DNA from: Syntrophorhabdaceae bacterium
Lineage (GTDB): Bacteria; Desulfobacterota; Syntrophorhabdia; Syntrophorhabdales; Syntrophorhabdaceae
Length of the DNA stretch: 64,000 nt
Direction: 5' to 3'
Assembly: GCA_963666485.2 (NCBI GenBank)
Contig: CAXXUO010000001.1
Coordinates: forward strand, 768,001-832,000
In this document: one piece after another, positions 27,908 to 39,288 of the stretch
Position numbering within the stretch: position 1 is the stretch's first letter
Layout of the letters: each line of letters opens with the position of its first letter
Notes under the pieces: generated by a model
Told to the model about the DNA's origin: nothing
What the model saw: only the letters and a program-made list of their open reading frames with translations
The model's database searches: none
Made by a program: the position numbers and the translations under genes

Positions 27908-30187
27908 TCATGACACTTCTTCGGGACGCGCGCGGCGGATACCCGCGTAAGCGATCACTGCGGCAATTGCGAGCGGCAGTACCCCGAGGAAGATGAAGAT
28001 GAGGTCCGCGGGCATTCGGAGCCACTCGAGGAAATGGATAACGGGCTGTTCCTGGAACGCCGCGCTCCGTGCGTGCCAGTACCCGTTGTCGAGGACGTCG
28101 AGAAACTGGATCACGCCCTCGGGAAAGAGGTTCATGATGACCATGAGGGCAAGGCCGATGTTCAAGCCGAAAAACGATACCCTGATGTACTTTTCCACAC
28201 GCTCCCACAGCGCATCCGTCGAAACCTGCCTGAGCGCGAAGACGATGAACGAGACGCCGAGCATGCCGAAAACGCCCATAAGGGCCGTGTGGGCATGGTT
28301 CGGCGTCAGCACCGTGCCCACCTCGAAGTAGCTTATGACAGGCAGGTTGATGAGAAAACCGAATATCCCCGCGCCGACGAAATTCCAGAAGCCGACCGAC
28401 ATCAGGAAATAGAAGGTCCAGCGGTGCGGTATCCGGATCTCCCTCCCGCAGATCTCGCACTTCCCCCGGCTCAATTTTACAAAGTCCCATGCATCGAGCG
28501 TCATGAGAGTGAGCGGTACGACCTCCCCTGCCGAGAACATCGCGGAAAGCGCGAGGTTGAAATTCGTCTGCCCGGTCCAGTACCAGTGGTGCCCCGTCCC
28601 GACGATGCCTGCGCCCAGAAAAAGGATCGCGTCGAGGTAGATGATCCTGAGCGCCGTCTGGCGCGCGATCATGTCGAGCCGGTAGAACAGGACGGCGACC
28701 ATCGTTGTGGCGGACAGCTCGAAAAAGCCTTCCACCCACAGGTGTATGATCCAGAAACGCCAGTTGTCGACGACCGTGAAATTGCTCCTGCCGGTGAAGA
28801 AAAGGGCGGGCAGGTAAAAAAGAGGGATAGCCGCCGTCGTCAGGAGGAAGAGCCGGGTGATCTCTTTATTTTCCGGGTCTTTCAAAGATCCCGCGGCCTC
28901 CCTGATGATCAGGGCTATCCAGAGAACGAGGCCCGCTATGAGCAGCACCTGCCATCCCCGGCCGAGGTCGAGGTATTCCCAGCCCTGGTGGCCGAACCAG
29001 TACCAAGCCCGCCCGAGCATGTTCCGGATGCCGGCCATTTCACCCAGGAGGCTGCCGAGGACAACAAGCACGAGAGCCCAGAAGAGAATGTCGATACCCA
29101 ATTTTTGCCTTTTCAGGGTGCCCGTCCCCAAGGAAGAGGCGAGAAAGAGGCCTCCCGCGACCCACGCCGTCGTGATCCACAGGACGGCAAGCTGTATGTG
29201 CCACGTCCGGGTCAGGTTGCTCGGGAAAAGGGCAGAGAGGTCGAGGCCATAAAAGCTCGCGGGATCGGCGCGGAAATGGGCCGTTGCGGCGCCGACGTTC
29301 ACCTGCACGAAAAAGAGCAGTGCGGCGACCGCGAAGTATTTTATCGTGGCCAGCTGCGTACCGGTCGGCGCGCCGGGAAGCATCCTCGGATGTATATGTT
29401 CTTTTCTGCCTTTCCAGCCGAGATACCCGAACTTTCCGAACGTGAACAGGACCGCCGCCGTCCCCGCCAGAAGGGTAATAAGGCTGAGCGCGCTCCACAG
29501 GATGGTCTCGGCGGTCGGCCTGTTGCCCGCCATGGGTTCGTAGGGAAAATTATTCGTATACGAGTAATTCGTGCCGGGCCGGTTCGCGACGGACACCCAG
29601 GCGGTCCATGCAAAAAACGCGGTGAGCTTCCCGATCTCGCCGGGGTCCGCCACGGCCTCGTGCGCAAGGCCCCTGTTTTGCAGTTTTGCCGTGAAATAAT
29701 TCTTCCATTTTACCTTCTGGTTTTCGTAGGAAAACGCCTCGGCCGGGGTGAACAGGAGCGTCCCCGTTTTTGCATCGTAACGGTTTTCTTTGAGCAGACG
29801 GGCCGTGAGAGCAATGACGGCCGCGCGTTCATCGTCCCGAAGCTCAGAAAAGCCGCGGCCGAATCTCTGCCGCGATATGCCGTCTGCTGCAGCCATCGAA
29901 AGCGTGTGGAGATAATCCGCGGAAAAATCCGGTCCGAGGTAGGCGCCGTGGCCCCAGATGCTGCCGTTCTGCATGAGGGCGTTCTTGAGAAAGACCTCCT
30001 GCCCGGAAAGGATGGTATCGCCCGTGAAGAGGACCTGCCCGGATGCGTCGATCACCTTTTCGGGGATCGGGGGCTCATTCGTATATGACCGCGTCGTGAC
30101 CCATATCAGGACCGCGAAGCAAACGGCCACCGTGAGCAGGACCGATCGTTTCCACCATACCGAAAGCTGTTCAGGGGATTCATCCAT
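27908..30187 (-). CDS. norZ: Quinol-dependent nitric oxide reductase (qNOR)
   Basis: 'GSIWGHGAY', 'SYTNNFP', 'HLWVEGFFE', 'GTGHHWYW', 'HAHTALMGV'. Confidence 0.93.
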   Translation of the reverse strand: MDESPEQLSVWWKRSVLLTVAVCFAVLIWVTTRSYTNEPPIPEKVIDASGQVLFTGDTILSGQEVFLKNALMQNGSIWGHGAYLGPDFSADYLHTLSMAAADGISRQRFGRGFSELRDDERAAVIALTARLLKENRYDAKTGTLLFTPAEAFSYENQKVKWKNYFTAKLQNRGLAHEAVADPGEIGKLTAFFAWTAWVSVANRPGTNYSYTNNFPYEPMAGNRPTAETILWSALSLITLLAGTAAVLFTFGKFGYLGWKGRKEHIHPRMLPGAPTGTQLATIKYFAVAALLFFVQVNVGAATAHFRADPASFYGLDLSALFPSNLTRTWHIQLAVLWITTAWVAGGLFLASSLGTGTLKRQKLGIDILFWALVLVVLGSLLGEMAGIRNMLGRAWYWFGHQGWEYLDLGRGWQVLLIAGLVLWIALIIREAAGSLKDPENKEITRLFLLTTAAIPLFYLPALFFTGRSNFTVVDNWRFWIIHLWVEGFFELSATTMVAVLFYRLDMIARQTALRIIYLDAILFLGAGIVGTGHHWYWTGQTNFNLALSAMFSAGEVVPLTLMTLDAWDFVKLSRGKCEICGREIRIPHRWTFYFLMSVGFWNFVGAGIFGFLINLPVISYFEVGTVLTPNHAHTALMGVFGMLGVSFIVFALRQVSTDALWERVEKYIRVSFFGLNIGLALMVIMNLFPEGVIQFLDVLDNGYWHARSAAFQEQPVIHFLEWLRMPADLIFIFLGVLPLAIAAVIAYAGIRRARPEEVS

Positions 30188-30998
30188 GGCTGTATCCCAT
30201 CTTTGTCTGCCCTTCACTGTAAGAACCGTGAGCGAGAGAACCGGCAGCGTCCCGGTCGGCGATCACAAGGAGTTGGCCATGGGTCGGTCGTACATGTGAT
30301 GCGGGCAGTGCCCTGTCTCTGTCATCCACTATCTTTCTGAGGATCGCCGCTTTGTTGTGACCCAGGACGAGGATGAAAATATGCCGCGCGTTATTTATCA
30401 CCGGCATGGTCAACGTGACCCGATCGTAACCATGACCTTTTGCGAAAACCGGCCACACCCTGTTCCCGGCATCATCCGCGACGGGACTTCCCGGAAAGAT
30501 CGACGCGGTGTGTCCGTCTTCCCCAAGGCCGAGCATCACGATGTCGAACCGGGGCAATTCCCCCTTTTTCAAGTTAAAATGCTGCGAAAGCTTTTTTTCG
30601 TAGTCTTGGGCGGCTCTGTCCGGCCCTTTGAGTTTCGTTTCGATCGGGTGGATATTCACCGCCGGGATCGGCACATGATCGAGGAGGGCCTTGAGGGCCA
30701 TGCCGAAATTGCTGTCCTCATCATCGTGGGGGACGAAGCGTTCGTCGACCATGAAGATATGCACCTTACCCCAGGGCAGATCCTTCTGCTTTGCAAGCGC
30801 CCTGTAGACCCCGACGGGCGATCTCCCTCCGGAAAGGGCAACATTCACGAACGGCCTGGCCTCAAGTGTTTCCTTACATATTTCGCGCCAGAGGGAGACA
30901 ACAAAATCCGCACATCGCCCTTCCGTCTCGAAAACGATGATCTGCCGCTCATTCGCCTTGGGGCCCGCCAGGATCGCCCGCGCCGAAGGTCCCGTCAT
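30180..30998 (-). CDS. pgl: 6-phosphogluconolactonase
   Basis: 'ALSGGRSP', 'DERFVP..SN', 'GLGEDGHTASIFP', 'RVTLT'. Confidence 0.93.
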   Translation of the reverse strand: MTGPSARAILAGPKANERQIIVFETEGRCADFVVSLWREICKETLEARPFVNVALSGGRSPVGVYRALAKQKDLPWGKVHIFMVDERFVPHDDEDSNFGMALKALLDHVPIPAVNIHPIETKLKGPDRAAQDYEKKLSQHFNLKKGELPRFDIVMLGLGEDGHTASIFPGSPVADDAGNRVWPVFAKGHGYDRVTLTMPVINNARHIFILVLGHNKAAILRKIVDDRDRALPASHVRPTHGQLLVIADRDAAGSLAHGSYSEGQTKMGYSHG

Positions 30999-32551
30999 GC
31001 CGTGTTCCAGGTACAGCCCTCTCTTTCGAGGAGGGTTGCGGCAGCGGGCGGGCCCCATGTCCCTGCCGCGTAGTTCGGGAAATCGGGCGGCTTTTGCGTT
31101 TCCCATCGCCTGATGATGGGATCGACGACCGTCCACATCGCCTCGATCTCATCCTCCCGTACGAAAAGCGTGAGATCGCCCTTCAGGACATCGACGAGAA
31201 GCCGCTCATAGGGCTCGCGCAGCTTGACCTTGAAGGTGTCGGCATAACTGAAGACCATATTCACGTAATAGATCTGGTTGGTCGCAAACGGGTATTTCAC
31301 GCCGAAGCCCAGGGAGATCTTCTCGTCCGGCTGTATCGTCAACCTCAGGACGTTCGGCGTGAGTGCGTCGCACGTCCGGCCGAAGAGCCGCAAGGGAAGG
31401 CGTTTCAGCTCGATGCATATCTCGGTCGCCAGGGTCGGCATCCGCTTGCCGGTCCTGATAAAGAAAGGTACGCCCGCCCAGCGCAGGTTGTCGATGTAAA
31501 GCTTCGCCGCAAAAAATGTCGCCTGGTCGGAACTCCCCGAGACGTCCGCCTCCTGCCTGTAGCCCGGCACGGGCTCCCCCGCGACGACACCGGGCCCGTA
31601 CTGGCCCTTTACCGTGAAATTGTCGATGTACGACTCGTCCATCGGCCGGATGGAGCGCATGACCTTGAGCTTCTCGTCCCGGATGAAATTGGCGTCGAAG
31701 CCGATGGGAGGGTCCATGGCGATGAGCCCGAGAAGCTGCATCATATGGTTTTGAATGATGTCGCGCACGACGCCGGCATGCTCGTAGAAGACGCCCCTGT
31801 GGCCGATGCCAATGTCTTCGGCGACCGTTATCTGCACGTTGTCGACAAAGTGACGGTTCCACACCTCTTCGAAGATGGTGTTCGAAAAATGGAAGAAAAT
31901 GATGTTCTGGACCGGGTCCCGGGCAAGGTAGTGGTCGATCCTGTAGATCTGGCGTTCATCAAAGGCGTCGGTAAGGACCTTGTTGAGTTCCGCGGCCGAA
32001 TCGTGGTCCCGCCCGAAAGGCTTCTCCATGACGATCCGGATGCTGCGCAGATACTTGCACAGGCTGTGTGCTTTGAGCTTCGCGATGATGAGCGGCGCGG
32101 CTTCCGGCGGCACGGCCATGTAGTACACGATCTGCCTTTCACCATCCGGCCCCCGGCCGTGCATTCCCTTTACCTCTTCGTCAAGCCTGTCGTACGTGGC
32201 ATCTTCCTCGAAGCGCCCGGAAAAGTACCGGATATGACGCAGAAAACGGCCCCATTCCTTTTCGTCGGGGACCTCGTTCCTCAGTGTCTCGAACGACTTC
32301 TGCATCATGTCGCAATATGCGTCGAGGTCCATCTGGAGCCTGTCGAAAACGAGTATGGAAAAATCTGCCGGCAGTTCATTTTTCACGTAGAGCTTGAACA
32401 GGGACGGCAGGAGCTTCCGCCGCGTCAGGTCCCCGGCCCCTCCGAAAATGACCATCGTGAACGGCTTTACGTGCACCAATTCCCGCGGGATGTCGCACAC
32501 CTGGAGAAAGCGGCTGTAGATCTCGTCCTGCTCCTTTGTCTCCGCACCCAT
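30995..32551 (-). CDS. zwf: Glucose-6-phosphate 1-dehydrogenase
   Basis: 'FGGAGDLTRRKL', 'EKPFG', 'RIDHYL', 'RDIIQNH', 'RWAGVPFFIRTGK'. Confidence 0.95.
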   Translation of the reverse strand: MGAETKEQDEIYSRFLQVCDIPRELVHVKPFTMVIFGGAGDLTRRKLLPSLFKLYVKNELPADFSILVFDRLQMDLDAYCDMMQKSFETLRNEVPDEKEWGRFLRHIRYFSGRFEEDATYDRLDEEVKGMHGRGPDGERQIVYYMAVPPEAAPLIIAKLKAHSLCKYLRSIRIVMEKPFGRDHDSAAELNKVLTDAFDERQIYRIDHYLARDPVQNIIFFHFSNTIFEEVWNRHFVDNVQITVAEDIGIGHRGVFYEHAGVVRDIIQNHMMQLLGLIAMDPPIGFDANFIRDEKLKVMRSIRPMDESYIDNFTVKGQYGPGVVAGEPVPGYRQEADVSGSSDQATFFAAKLYIDNLRWAGVPFFIRTGKRMPTLATEICIELKRLPLRLFGRTCDALTPNVLRLTIQPDEKISLGFGVKYPFATNQIYYVNMVFSYADTFKVKLREPYERLLVDVLKGDLTLFVREDEIEAMWTVVDPIIRRWETQKPPDFPNYAAGTWGPPAAATLLEREGCTWNTA

Positions 32552-32562
32552 CTTTGCCCTTC

Positions 32563-33429
32563 CTATCCCGTGATCAGCGAATTCCAATCCGAAGAGAATT
32601 TTTCCATTCCCTTTGTCGTCAGATCGTGGGCAATATCGTAATCCTCCCACGGCTTCGCAAGGTCGATCTCCCGGTAGGGGATGGGCTTCAAGTCCCGCGT
32701 ATTGTACACGTAATCGTCCGCGGGCAGTGGAAGGCCTTTCTGTCCCCATTCCTTGAGGATGGCGTACGGGGCGGTGATAATGTCGGAGCCGAGCTTGAGC
32801 GCGTACATGAGGTGGTCGTACGAACGGACGCTGGCGGTCAGGACCTCCACGTGCCCGTCGCCTGAGCGGTACATTTTCAGGATGTTGGCAATGACATCCA
32901 TCCCGTTCTCGCCCCGGTCGTCGAGGCGGCCGATGAACGGGGAGACATAGACGTTACCCTTTCCTGCCCCTCGCGTCGCGGCATAGACGGCAGCTGCCTG
33001 GCTTTGCGAGAAACAGAGCGTCATGTTGATCCTCAGGCCCGCCTTCAGGGCCTCGCTTGCCGCGGCGAGCCCTTCTCGCGACGTCGGGAACTTCACGTGG
33101 GCGTTGGGGATCCACGAGAACATCTCTTTCCCCTGCGCGAGCATGTCCTTCGCCTGCGTTGACGGGACCGCATAGACCTCGACGGATATCGAACCCGCGG
33201 GCATCATCGCCGACAACTCCTGCACCACCTTCTTGTAGAACGTCAGGAGCTCGGACCGGCAAAATTTCTCACCCTCGCTCAGTCTTTCCCGGGCCTCCGG
33301 GTTTTTCGAAAGGAGCGTCGGGTTCGTCGTCTGGCCGTCGAGGAAACCGAGGAGATCTATGATCTCCCTCGTCTCGTCCGGGTTGCCTCCGTCTATGAAG
33401 ATCCTTGTTTTCATTCCGGCGGGCCTCAT
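32563..33429 (-). CDS. tal: Transaldolase
   Basis: 'DGQTTNP', 'HVKFP', 'INMTLCFS', 'SPFIGRLDD'. Confidence 0.9.
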   Translation of the reverse strand: MRPAGMKTRIFIDGGNPDETREIIDLLGFLDGQTTNPTLLSKNPEARERLSEGEKFCRSELLTFYKKVVQELSAMMPAGSISVEVYAVPSTQAKDMLAQGKEMFSWIPNAHVKFPTSREGLAAASEALKAGLRINMTLCFSQSQAAAVYAATRGAGKGNVYVSPFIGRLDDRGENGMDVIANILKMYRSGDGHVEVLTASVRSYDHLMYALKLGSDIITAPYAILKEWGQKGLPLPADDYVYNTRDLKPIPYREIDLAKPWEDYDIAHDLTTKGMEKFSSDWNSLITG

Positions 33430-35264
33430 ATAACCCCCTTTACCTTCCGGATAATGGCATCCCGGGAGATCTCTTCGTAGTCGAGCAATTCTTCAGGCTT
33501 ACCGCTCACCGGCACCTTTCTCACCGCAAGGACATGAACGGGCGCCGCGCCGTCCACAGCCGTCCTGACCGCCTCGCCCAGTCCGCCTTCGGCGAAATGG
33601 TCCTCCACGGTAATGATCACCTTCGTCTCCCCGGCCGTCTCGCGAAGGGTTACGATATCGATGGGCTTGATGCTGTAAAGATCTATGACGCGGACCATGA
33701 TATCTTCCTTCTTCAACGCGTCGTACGCGGCGAGGGCCTCGAAGACCGTGGCGCCGGCCGCGACGATCGTGGCGCGGTCCCTCGTGTGTATGCGCAGGAC
33801 CCTGCTTCCCCCTATGGCAAACTCGTCATCGCTCTTGTAAAGGATCGGGGTGTTCATCCTGGTCGTGCGGATATAGACAGCCCCCTTGTGGGCAGCCGCC
33901 TGCTCGACAAGCCTTTCCGTGGAAATGGCATCGCAGGGATAAAGGACCACCCCGTCAAGCAAAGTCCGGAACATGGCGACATCTTCAAGGCCCATCTGGG
34001 ACGGGCCGTCCTGCCCTATGGATACGCCGGCGTGCGACCCGGCGATCTTGATATTGCTTTTCGAATACGCGTTCATCCTCACCTGGTCAAAGCATCGCGT
34101 GAGGAAGGTGGCAAAGGTGGAGACGAACGGGATCTTCCCGCGGGCTGCAAGTCCCGCCGCCGCGCCCATCATGTTCTGCTCCGCGATATACATCTCGAAG
34201 AAGCGCGCGGGATATGCCTCCTGATAGATCTCCGAGTACGTGGAATTGCTGACCTCGCCGTCGAGCGCCACAATATTCGGAAATCCGGCGGCGATGCGCT
34301 TGAGGGCGTTTCCGTACGCTTTACGGGTGGCCACCGGGGTTTCGGGGTCATAGGCGGGCTGATCAATGTTCCGGGCGGGGGCCGCCTCGGGCTTCACATC
34401 ATCCGGGGGCTCTATTTGCCCCACGATCGACCTGTCCACATCTCCCAGTTCGACCATCGCCTTCTCGAACTGTTCCTCGTTCAAAGCCTTTCCGTGCCAG
34501 CCATTTTTATCCTCGAGAAAGGAAACGCCTTTCCCCTTGATGGTCCGTGCGATTATCATTACCGGCCTGTCCGTCGACGAACGGGCTTTCTCATATGCCC
34601 CCGCGATCTCATCCGGGTTGTGGCCGTCTATCAGGATGGTGTCCCAGCCGAATGGCGCTATCCGCTCCTCGTAGGCCTTGAGGTCATGCCCGTACATGGT
34701 CTCCCCGCGCTGGCCCAGGCGGTTGACGTCGATGATCCCGATGAGGTTGTTGAGCTTGTAATGCGCCGCGACCTGGATGGCCTCCCACTGGGACCCTTCG
34801 GTCATCTCGCTGTCCCCCAGGAGAACGTAGGTCCTGTAGGGCAGCTTATCGATGTATTTTGCGTTGAGCGCCATTCCGAGGCCAATGGGGAGCCCCTGGC
34901 CCAGCGACCCCGTCGACGCCTCGGTGTAGGGAAACGAAACGACCGGGTGGCCTTCGAGGCGGCTCCCGAATTGCCTTAAGGTCATGAGTTCGTCGAAGGA
35001 CACCTGGCCGGCGGCAGCCCACATGGCGTAGAACAAGGGGGATGCATGGCCTTTCGAAAAGATGATCCGGTCGTTGTTCGGGTTTGCCGGATGGGGGGCG
35101 TCGAACCGGAATGTCCCGCCGAAAAGGAGGCCTGCCATCAGGTCCGCGGCCGACAGCGACGACGTAGGATGCCCCGAACCCGCTTTCGTCGTCGATGCGA
35201 GGATGTAGTAACGGATCAGCCTGGCCAGTTTTTCGAGATATTCCCTGCCTGGTCTGTCATTCAT
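33426..35264 (-). CDS. tkt: Transketolase
   Basis: 'SGHPTSSLS', 'SKGHA', 'TGSLGQG', 'GDSE', 'GQDGPSQ'. Confidence 0.95.
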   Translation of the reverse strand: MNDRPGREYLEKLARLIRYYILASTTKAGSGHPTSSLSAADLMAGLLFGGTFRFDAPHPANPNNDRIIFSKGHASPLFYAMWAAAGQVSFDELMTLRQFGSRLEGHPVVSFPYTEASTGSLGQGLPIGLGMALNAKYIDKLPYRTYVLLGDSEMTEGSQWEAIQVAAHYKLNNLIGIIDVNRLGQRGETMYGHDLKAYEERIAPFGWDTILIDGHNPDEIAGAYEKARSSTDRPVMIIARTIKGKGVSFLEDKNGWHGKALNEEQFEKAMVELGDVDRSIVGQIEPPDDVKPEAAPARNIDQPAYDPETPVATRKAYGNALKRIAAGFPNIVALDGEVSNSTYSEIYQEAYPARFFEMYIAEQNMMGAAAGLAARGKIPFVSTFATFLTRCFDQVRMNAYSKSNIKIAGSHAGVSIGQDGPSQMGLEDVAMFRTLLDGVVLYPCDAISTERLVEQAAAHKGAVYIRTTRMNTPILYKSDDEFAIGGSRVLRIHTRDRATIVAAGATVFEALAAYDALKKEDIMVRVIDLYSIKPIDIVTLRETAGETKVIITVEDHFAEGGLGEAVRTAVDGAAPVHVLAVRKVPVSGKPEELLDYEEISRDAIIRKVKGVI

Positions 35265-35281
35265 GCTCACTCCCCCGGCGT

Positions 35282-36202
35282 CTATTTTTTGAAAACATCG
35301 TGTTGTCCAAACTGGTTTCGGAGCGCAGAGAGTATCTGCCCCGTATAGGTGGGATGTCCCTCGGACCTCTTCCTGAAATTGACCGCGTCTTCCATGACCG
35401 GTGTCTCGACCTTGAGTTCCCGGGCGGCTTCGACCGTCCACAGGCCCTCCCCGCTCTGGGCGACAGACCCGGAGATCGCGTCGAGCTCCTCCCCGTGTTC
35501 CCGGTAGGCTTTCTCGAGCCATCCCACGAGCCGTGACGCGATAACACTGCCATGATCGTAAAGACCGGCTATCCGGGTGAGATCGAGATCGAACTCAGAG
35601 GCCTTCATCACCGCAAAGCCTTCCGCAAGGGCCTGCATCATCCCGTATTCGATCGCGTTGTGGACCATCTTCACGAAATGCCCCGCTCCGCGGGTGCCCA
35701 CGTATGCGTACCCCCGGGGTACGGAAAGGTCCCGAAAGAGCCGTTCGTACCTGTCGAAGAGGTCCTTTCTGCCGCCCACCATGATGCACGAACCTTCGAG
35801 CGCGCCGGCAGGCCCGCCGCTTACCCCCGCGTCGATGAAACCGATCCCGGCCTTTTCGAGGTCGTCCGAGCGGCGTATGGATTCCTTGTGGTGCGAATTC
35901 CCGCCGTCGACGATCGTGTCGCCGGGGTCGAGCCAGGCCGTTGTCTCTTTGAGGACGCTGTCCACGGCTTCATGGGGCACCATGATCCAGATGAGACGGG
36001 GGGCGGCAAGCAAGCTTACGAGCTGCCTGAGCGATGCCGCGGGCTCGGCGCCGAGTTCGGAGGCCCTCCGTACGGAGTCTTCGTGCGTGTCGAAGGCGAC
36101 AACGCCGTATCCTTTCTTGAGAAGCCTCTCCACCATGTTGAGCCCCATTTTCCCGAGCCCGACATAGCCGATCCTCAATAACGGTTCTTTTCGTTTTCTC
36201 AT
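35282..36202 (-). CDS. gnd: 6-phosphogluconate dehydrogenase, decarboxylating, short type; start uncertain
   Basis: 'GLGKMG', 'DGGNS', 'VSGG', 'GAGHFVKMVHNAIEYGMMQ', 'LRNQFGQH'. Confidence 0.95.
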   Translation of the reverse strand: MRKRKEPLLRIGYVGLGKMGLNMVERLLKKGYGVVAFDTHEDSVRRASELGAEPAASLRQLVSLLAAPRLIWIMVPHEAVDSVLKETTAWLDPGDTIVDGGNSHHKESIRRSDDLEKAGIGFIDAGVSGGPAGALEGSCIMVGGRKDLFDRYERLFRDLSVPRGYAYVGTRGAGHFVKMVHNAIEYGMMQALAEGFAVMKASEFDLDLTRIAGLYDHGSVIASRLVGWLEKAYREHGEELDAISGSVAQSGEGLWTVEAARELKVETPVMEDAVNFRKRSEGHPTYTGQILSALRNQFGQHDVFKK

Positions 36203-36371
36203 AGTACGCAACTTCGCCAAAATAAAACCCCCTTATTACGACGACGGTGCAGCGGCCGTCCTGCTCAATGCAACCTATGTCGGCGTCTTTGGAGTTTCAA
36301 GGGCGCCGGTACGCCCGCGTCCGTGAATACGCCACAATGGCAGGGTTGCGGACGGCCCGGGGTATCGCCGG

Positions 36372-36400
36372 TTGACGGTAATCATGAGGTGCATTAGCGT
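36372..36400 (+). promoter_or_regulatory. Putative sigma70 promoter of the nuo operon
   Basis: TTGACG-N17-TAGCGT in the divergent gnd/nuoA gap. Confidence 0.35.
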
Positions 36401-36483
36401 CTTTCATAGGCCGGGCGATGGGGCGGCCGGTGGCCGGCGGTGATCGGTGCCGGTTTTTTTTCAAAAAATTCAAGAGGGCGCTC

Positions 36484-36885
36484 GTGGAATCTGAAACTTC
36501 TTTTTTTTGGCCTCTCATTTTCTTCTTTTGCTGCGTGGCAGCCGTCGTCGCGGCCATGATAGCCGTGTCGTTCTTTCTCGGCGAGAGACATAAAGGCCGC
36601 GTGACGGACGAGCCGTACGAATCCGGGATGCCCCTCACGGCCGCGCCTCAATTGCGCTTCCACGTAAAGTATTATCTCGTTGCCATGTTTTTCGTCATCT
36701 TCGACGCCGAGGCGCTCTTCATGTTCGCCTGGGCGCTGTCGGTCAGGGAGCTGGGGCTGTCCGGATACATCACATTCCTGGTCTTTGTCCTCGTTCTCAT
36801 GATCGCTCTTGCGTACCTCTGGAAGCGCGGGGCGCTCGATTGGACGAACGGGAAGCATAAGGCCCGGGCTTTAACCCGAATCTAG
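36484..36885 (+). CDS. nuoA: NADH-quinone oxidoreductase subunit A
   Basis: 'PYESG', '[15 protein letters not shown]', 'GALDW'. Confidence 0.95.
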   Translation: MESETSFFWPLIFFFCCVAAVVAAMIAVSFFLGERHKGRVTDEPYESGMPLTAAPQLRFHVKYYLVAMFFVIFDAEALFMFAWALSVRELGLSGYITFLVFVLVLMIALAYLWKRGALDWTNGKHKARALTRI

Positions 36886-36895
36886 AGAGCGTGCC

Positions 36896-37531
36896 ATGAA
36901 AAACTTTCTGCGGAAAGATCCCTCACCGGGTGTTGCGACAGCGGGCTCCCTGGAAGAAGCTGTCAGCAAAAATATCGTCCTTTCGCGGCTCGAGGACCTC
37001 GTTGCCTGGGGCAGGAAGAATTCGATATGGCCGTTCAACTTCGGGCTTTCGTGCTGCTATGTCGAAATGGCGGTGAGCCTCACGAGCCGGTACGACATTG
37101 CGCGCTTCGGAGCCGAGGTCATCCGCGCGTCGCCCCGTGAGGCCGACCTGATGATCGTTGCGGGCACCGTCTTCATCAAGGTCGCGCCCGTCATCAGGAG
37201 GCTGTACGACCAGATGATGGAGCCGCGGTGGGTCATATCGATGGGATCATGCGCAAACTCGGGCGGGATGTACGACATCTACAGCGTGGTCCAGGGGGTT
37301 GACAGGATACTGCCCGTGGACGTGTACGTACCGGGCTGTCCCCCAAGCCCTGATGCATTTATGGAAGGCCTTCTTCTCCTGCAGCGGATGATCGCGGGGC
37401 AGAGGCGCCCCCTGACGTGGGCCGCAGGCCCCCGGGATGCGGGCCGGGTTGAAAAGCCGTCGATGCGGGACCTGAAAAGGCCGCAGCGGCAAAAGGCAAC
37501 CGTGTTTCCCTCCCCCGATGAGGTGATATGA
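36896..37531 (+). CDS. nuoB: NADH-quinone oxidoreductase subunit B
   Basis: 'GLSCCYVEM', 'MGSCANSGG', 'PGCPP'. Confidence 0.96.
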   Translation: MKNFLRKDPSPGVATAGSLEEAVSKNIVLSRLEDLVAWGRKNSIWPFNFGLSCCYVEMAVSLTSRYDIARFGAEVIRASPREADLMIVAGTVFIKVAPVIRRLYDQMMEPRWVISMGSCANSGGMYDIYSVVQGVDRILPVDVYVPGCPPSPDAFMEGLLLLQRMIAGQRRPLTWAAGPRDAGRVEKPSMRDLKRPQRQKATVFPSPDEVI

Positions 37532-39267
37532 ATATCGCTGATACCCCGGAAAGCAGGGATGTTGGAGAAGAACTGCACGACCGCTTCGGCGAGGCCATCA
37601 TAGGGCGGCAGCCGACCCGGGACGGCATCCCTACCGCCTGGGTGGACATTGACCGGCTGAAAGACGTCCTCACATACTTAAAACGGGATGCGGCCGGGCC
37701 CTACCGGATGCTCTATGACCTCACCGCCATCGACGAGCGCGTAAGGGAGAACAGGCACGGCCAGCCGGACGCGGCATTCACGCTCGTCTATCACCTGCTC
37801 TCCCATGAGCGGAACAGTGACGTGCGGATCAAGGTGCCGCTCACGGGCGATGACCCGCACGCCCCGAGCATCACCGGCATCTGGCAGTCGGCCAACTGGT
37901 ACGAGCGCGAGGCCTTTGACATGTTCGGGATCCGCTTCGACGGTCACCCGGACCTGCGGCGCATCCTGATGCCGCTCACGTGGACCGGCCACCCTCTTCG
38001 CAAGGACCACCCGGCCCGGGCAACGGACATGGGACCGTTTTCCCTGCCCGACGACAAGGCCGAAAGGGAAGAGGACGCGCTGCGTTTGAGGCCCGACGGC
38101 GCCGGAGATGTCATGTTCCTCAACATGGGGCCGCACCATCCGGGAACGCACGGCCTCTTGAGGATGATCCTGGAACTCGACGGCGAGGTGATCATGAACG
38201 CCACCCCGGAGATCGGCTTTCATCATCGCGGCGCCGAAAAAATGGGGGAGCGCCAGTCGTGGCACACCTACATCCCCTACACGGACCGCATCGACTATCT
38301 TGCGGGGCCGCTCAACAATTTCCCGTATGTGCTCGCCGTGGAGGCCCTCGCCGGGATCGAAGTGCCCGACAAGGCAAAGGTGATTCGCATCATGGTCGCG
38401 GAGCTTTTCAGGATCTCGAGTCATCTCGTCTACTACGGCACGTTCTCGCAGGACACAGGCGCCATGTCGCCGGTGTTCTTCATGTTCAACGACAGGGAGC
38501 GCGTCTTCCACATCATCGAGGCCATCTGCGGCGGGCGCATGCACCCGGAATGGTTCCGTATAGGAGGCGTGGCGCAGGACCTCCCGAAGGGTTGGGACGG
38601 ACTCGTACGGGACTTCATCTCCTTTATGCCCCGCCGGCTGAAGGAATACGACAGCCTCGTCCTGAAGAACCGCATTTTCAAGGGTCGTACGAAAGGCATC
38701 GGAATCCTCAGCGTAGACGAGGCCGTCGACAGGGGAGTGACCGGGCCGAACCTAAGGGCATGCGGCCTCGCATGGGATTTAAGGAAGAAGCGCCCGTATT
38801 CGGGATATGACCAATTCACGTTCGACGTCCCCACCATGCCCGACGGCGACTGCTATTGCCGCGCCGTCATCCGCGCCGAGGAGATGCGCCAGAGCCTCAG
38901 GATCATAGAACAATGCCTCGAAAACATGCCGGACGGTCCGTACAAGTCCGACCATCCCCTCGCAACCCCGCCGCGCAAGGACAGGACCCTGTGTGATATC
39001 GAAACCCTGATACACCACTTCCTGGGCGTGAGCTGGGGGCCCGTGATACCGGCCGGGGAGGCGGCATTCGGGACGGAAAGCGCAAAGGGGAACAATACGT
39101 TTTACCTGGTAAGCGACGGCGGTGCGATGTCGTACCGGACACGGATCCGGACGCCGTCCTTTCCGCACTTGCAGGCGGTGCCTTTCCTGACTGAGGGACG
39201 TATGCTTGCAGACCTCATCGCGATACTAGGCAGCATCGATTACGTGCTTGCCGATGTCGACCGCTGA
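37528..39267 (+). CDS. nuoCD: NADH-quinone oxidoreductase fused subunit C/D
   Basis: 'WYERE.FDMFGI.F.GHP', 'GPHHPGTHG', 'HRGAEK', ends 'ADVDR'. Confidence 0.96.
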   Translation: MNIADTPESRDVGEELHDRFGEAIIGRQPTRDGIPTAWVDIDRLKDVLTYLKRDAAGPYRMLYDLTAIDERVRENRHGQPDAAFTLVYHLLSHERNSDVRIKVPLTGDDPHAPSITGIWQSANWYEREAFDMFGIRFDGHPDLRRILMPLTWTGHPLRKDHPARATDMGPFSLPDDKAEREEDALRLRPDGAGDVMFLNMGPHHPGTHGLLRMILELDGEVIMNATPEIGFHHRGAEKMGERQSWHTYIPYTDRIDYLAGPLNNFPYVLAVEALAGIEVPDKAKVIRIMVAELFRISSHLVYYGTFSQDTGAMSPVFFMFNDRERVFHIIEAICGGRMHPEWFRIGGVAQDLPKGWDGLVRDFISFMPRRLKEYDSLVLKNRIFKGRTKGIGILSVDEAVDRGVTGPNLRACGLAWDLRKKRPYSGYDQFTFDVPTMPDGDCYCRAVIRAEEMRQSLRIIEQCLENMPDGPYKSDHPLATPPRKDRTLCDIETLIHHFLGVSWGPVIPAGEAAFGTESAKGNNTFYLVSDGGAMSYRTRIRTPSFPHLQAVPFLTEGRMLADLIAILGSIDYVLADVDR

Positions 39268-39288
39268 GCCGTGGAGGATGGGGACACT

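Noticed and set aside
28034..30088. 684-aa ORF antisense to norZ, and similar long shadow ORFs (31094-32641, 33405-34979, 39801-41018)
   Set aside because: Opposite well-supported genes, no motifs; expected in GC-rich DNA.
36372..36385. FNR/CRP-like box TTGAC-N4-ATCAT between gnd and nuoA
   Set aside because: Only 8/10 match and equally explained as a -35 element.
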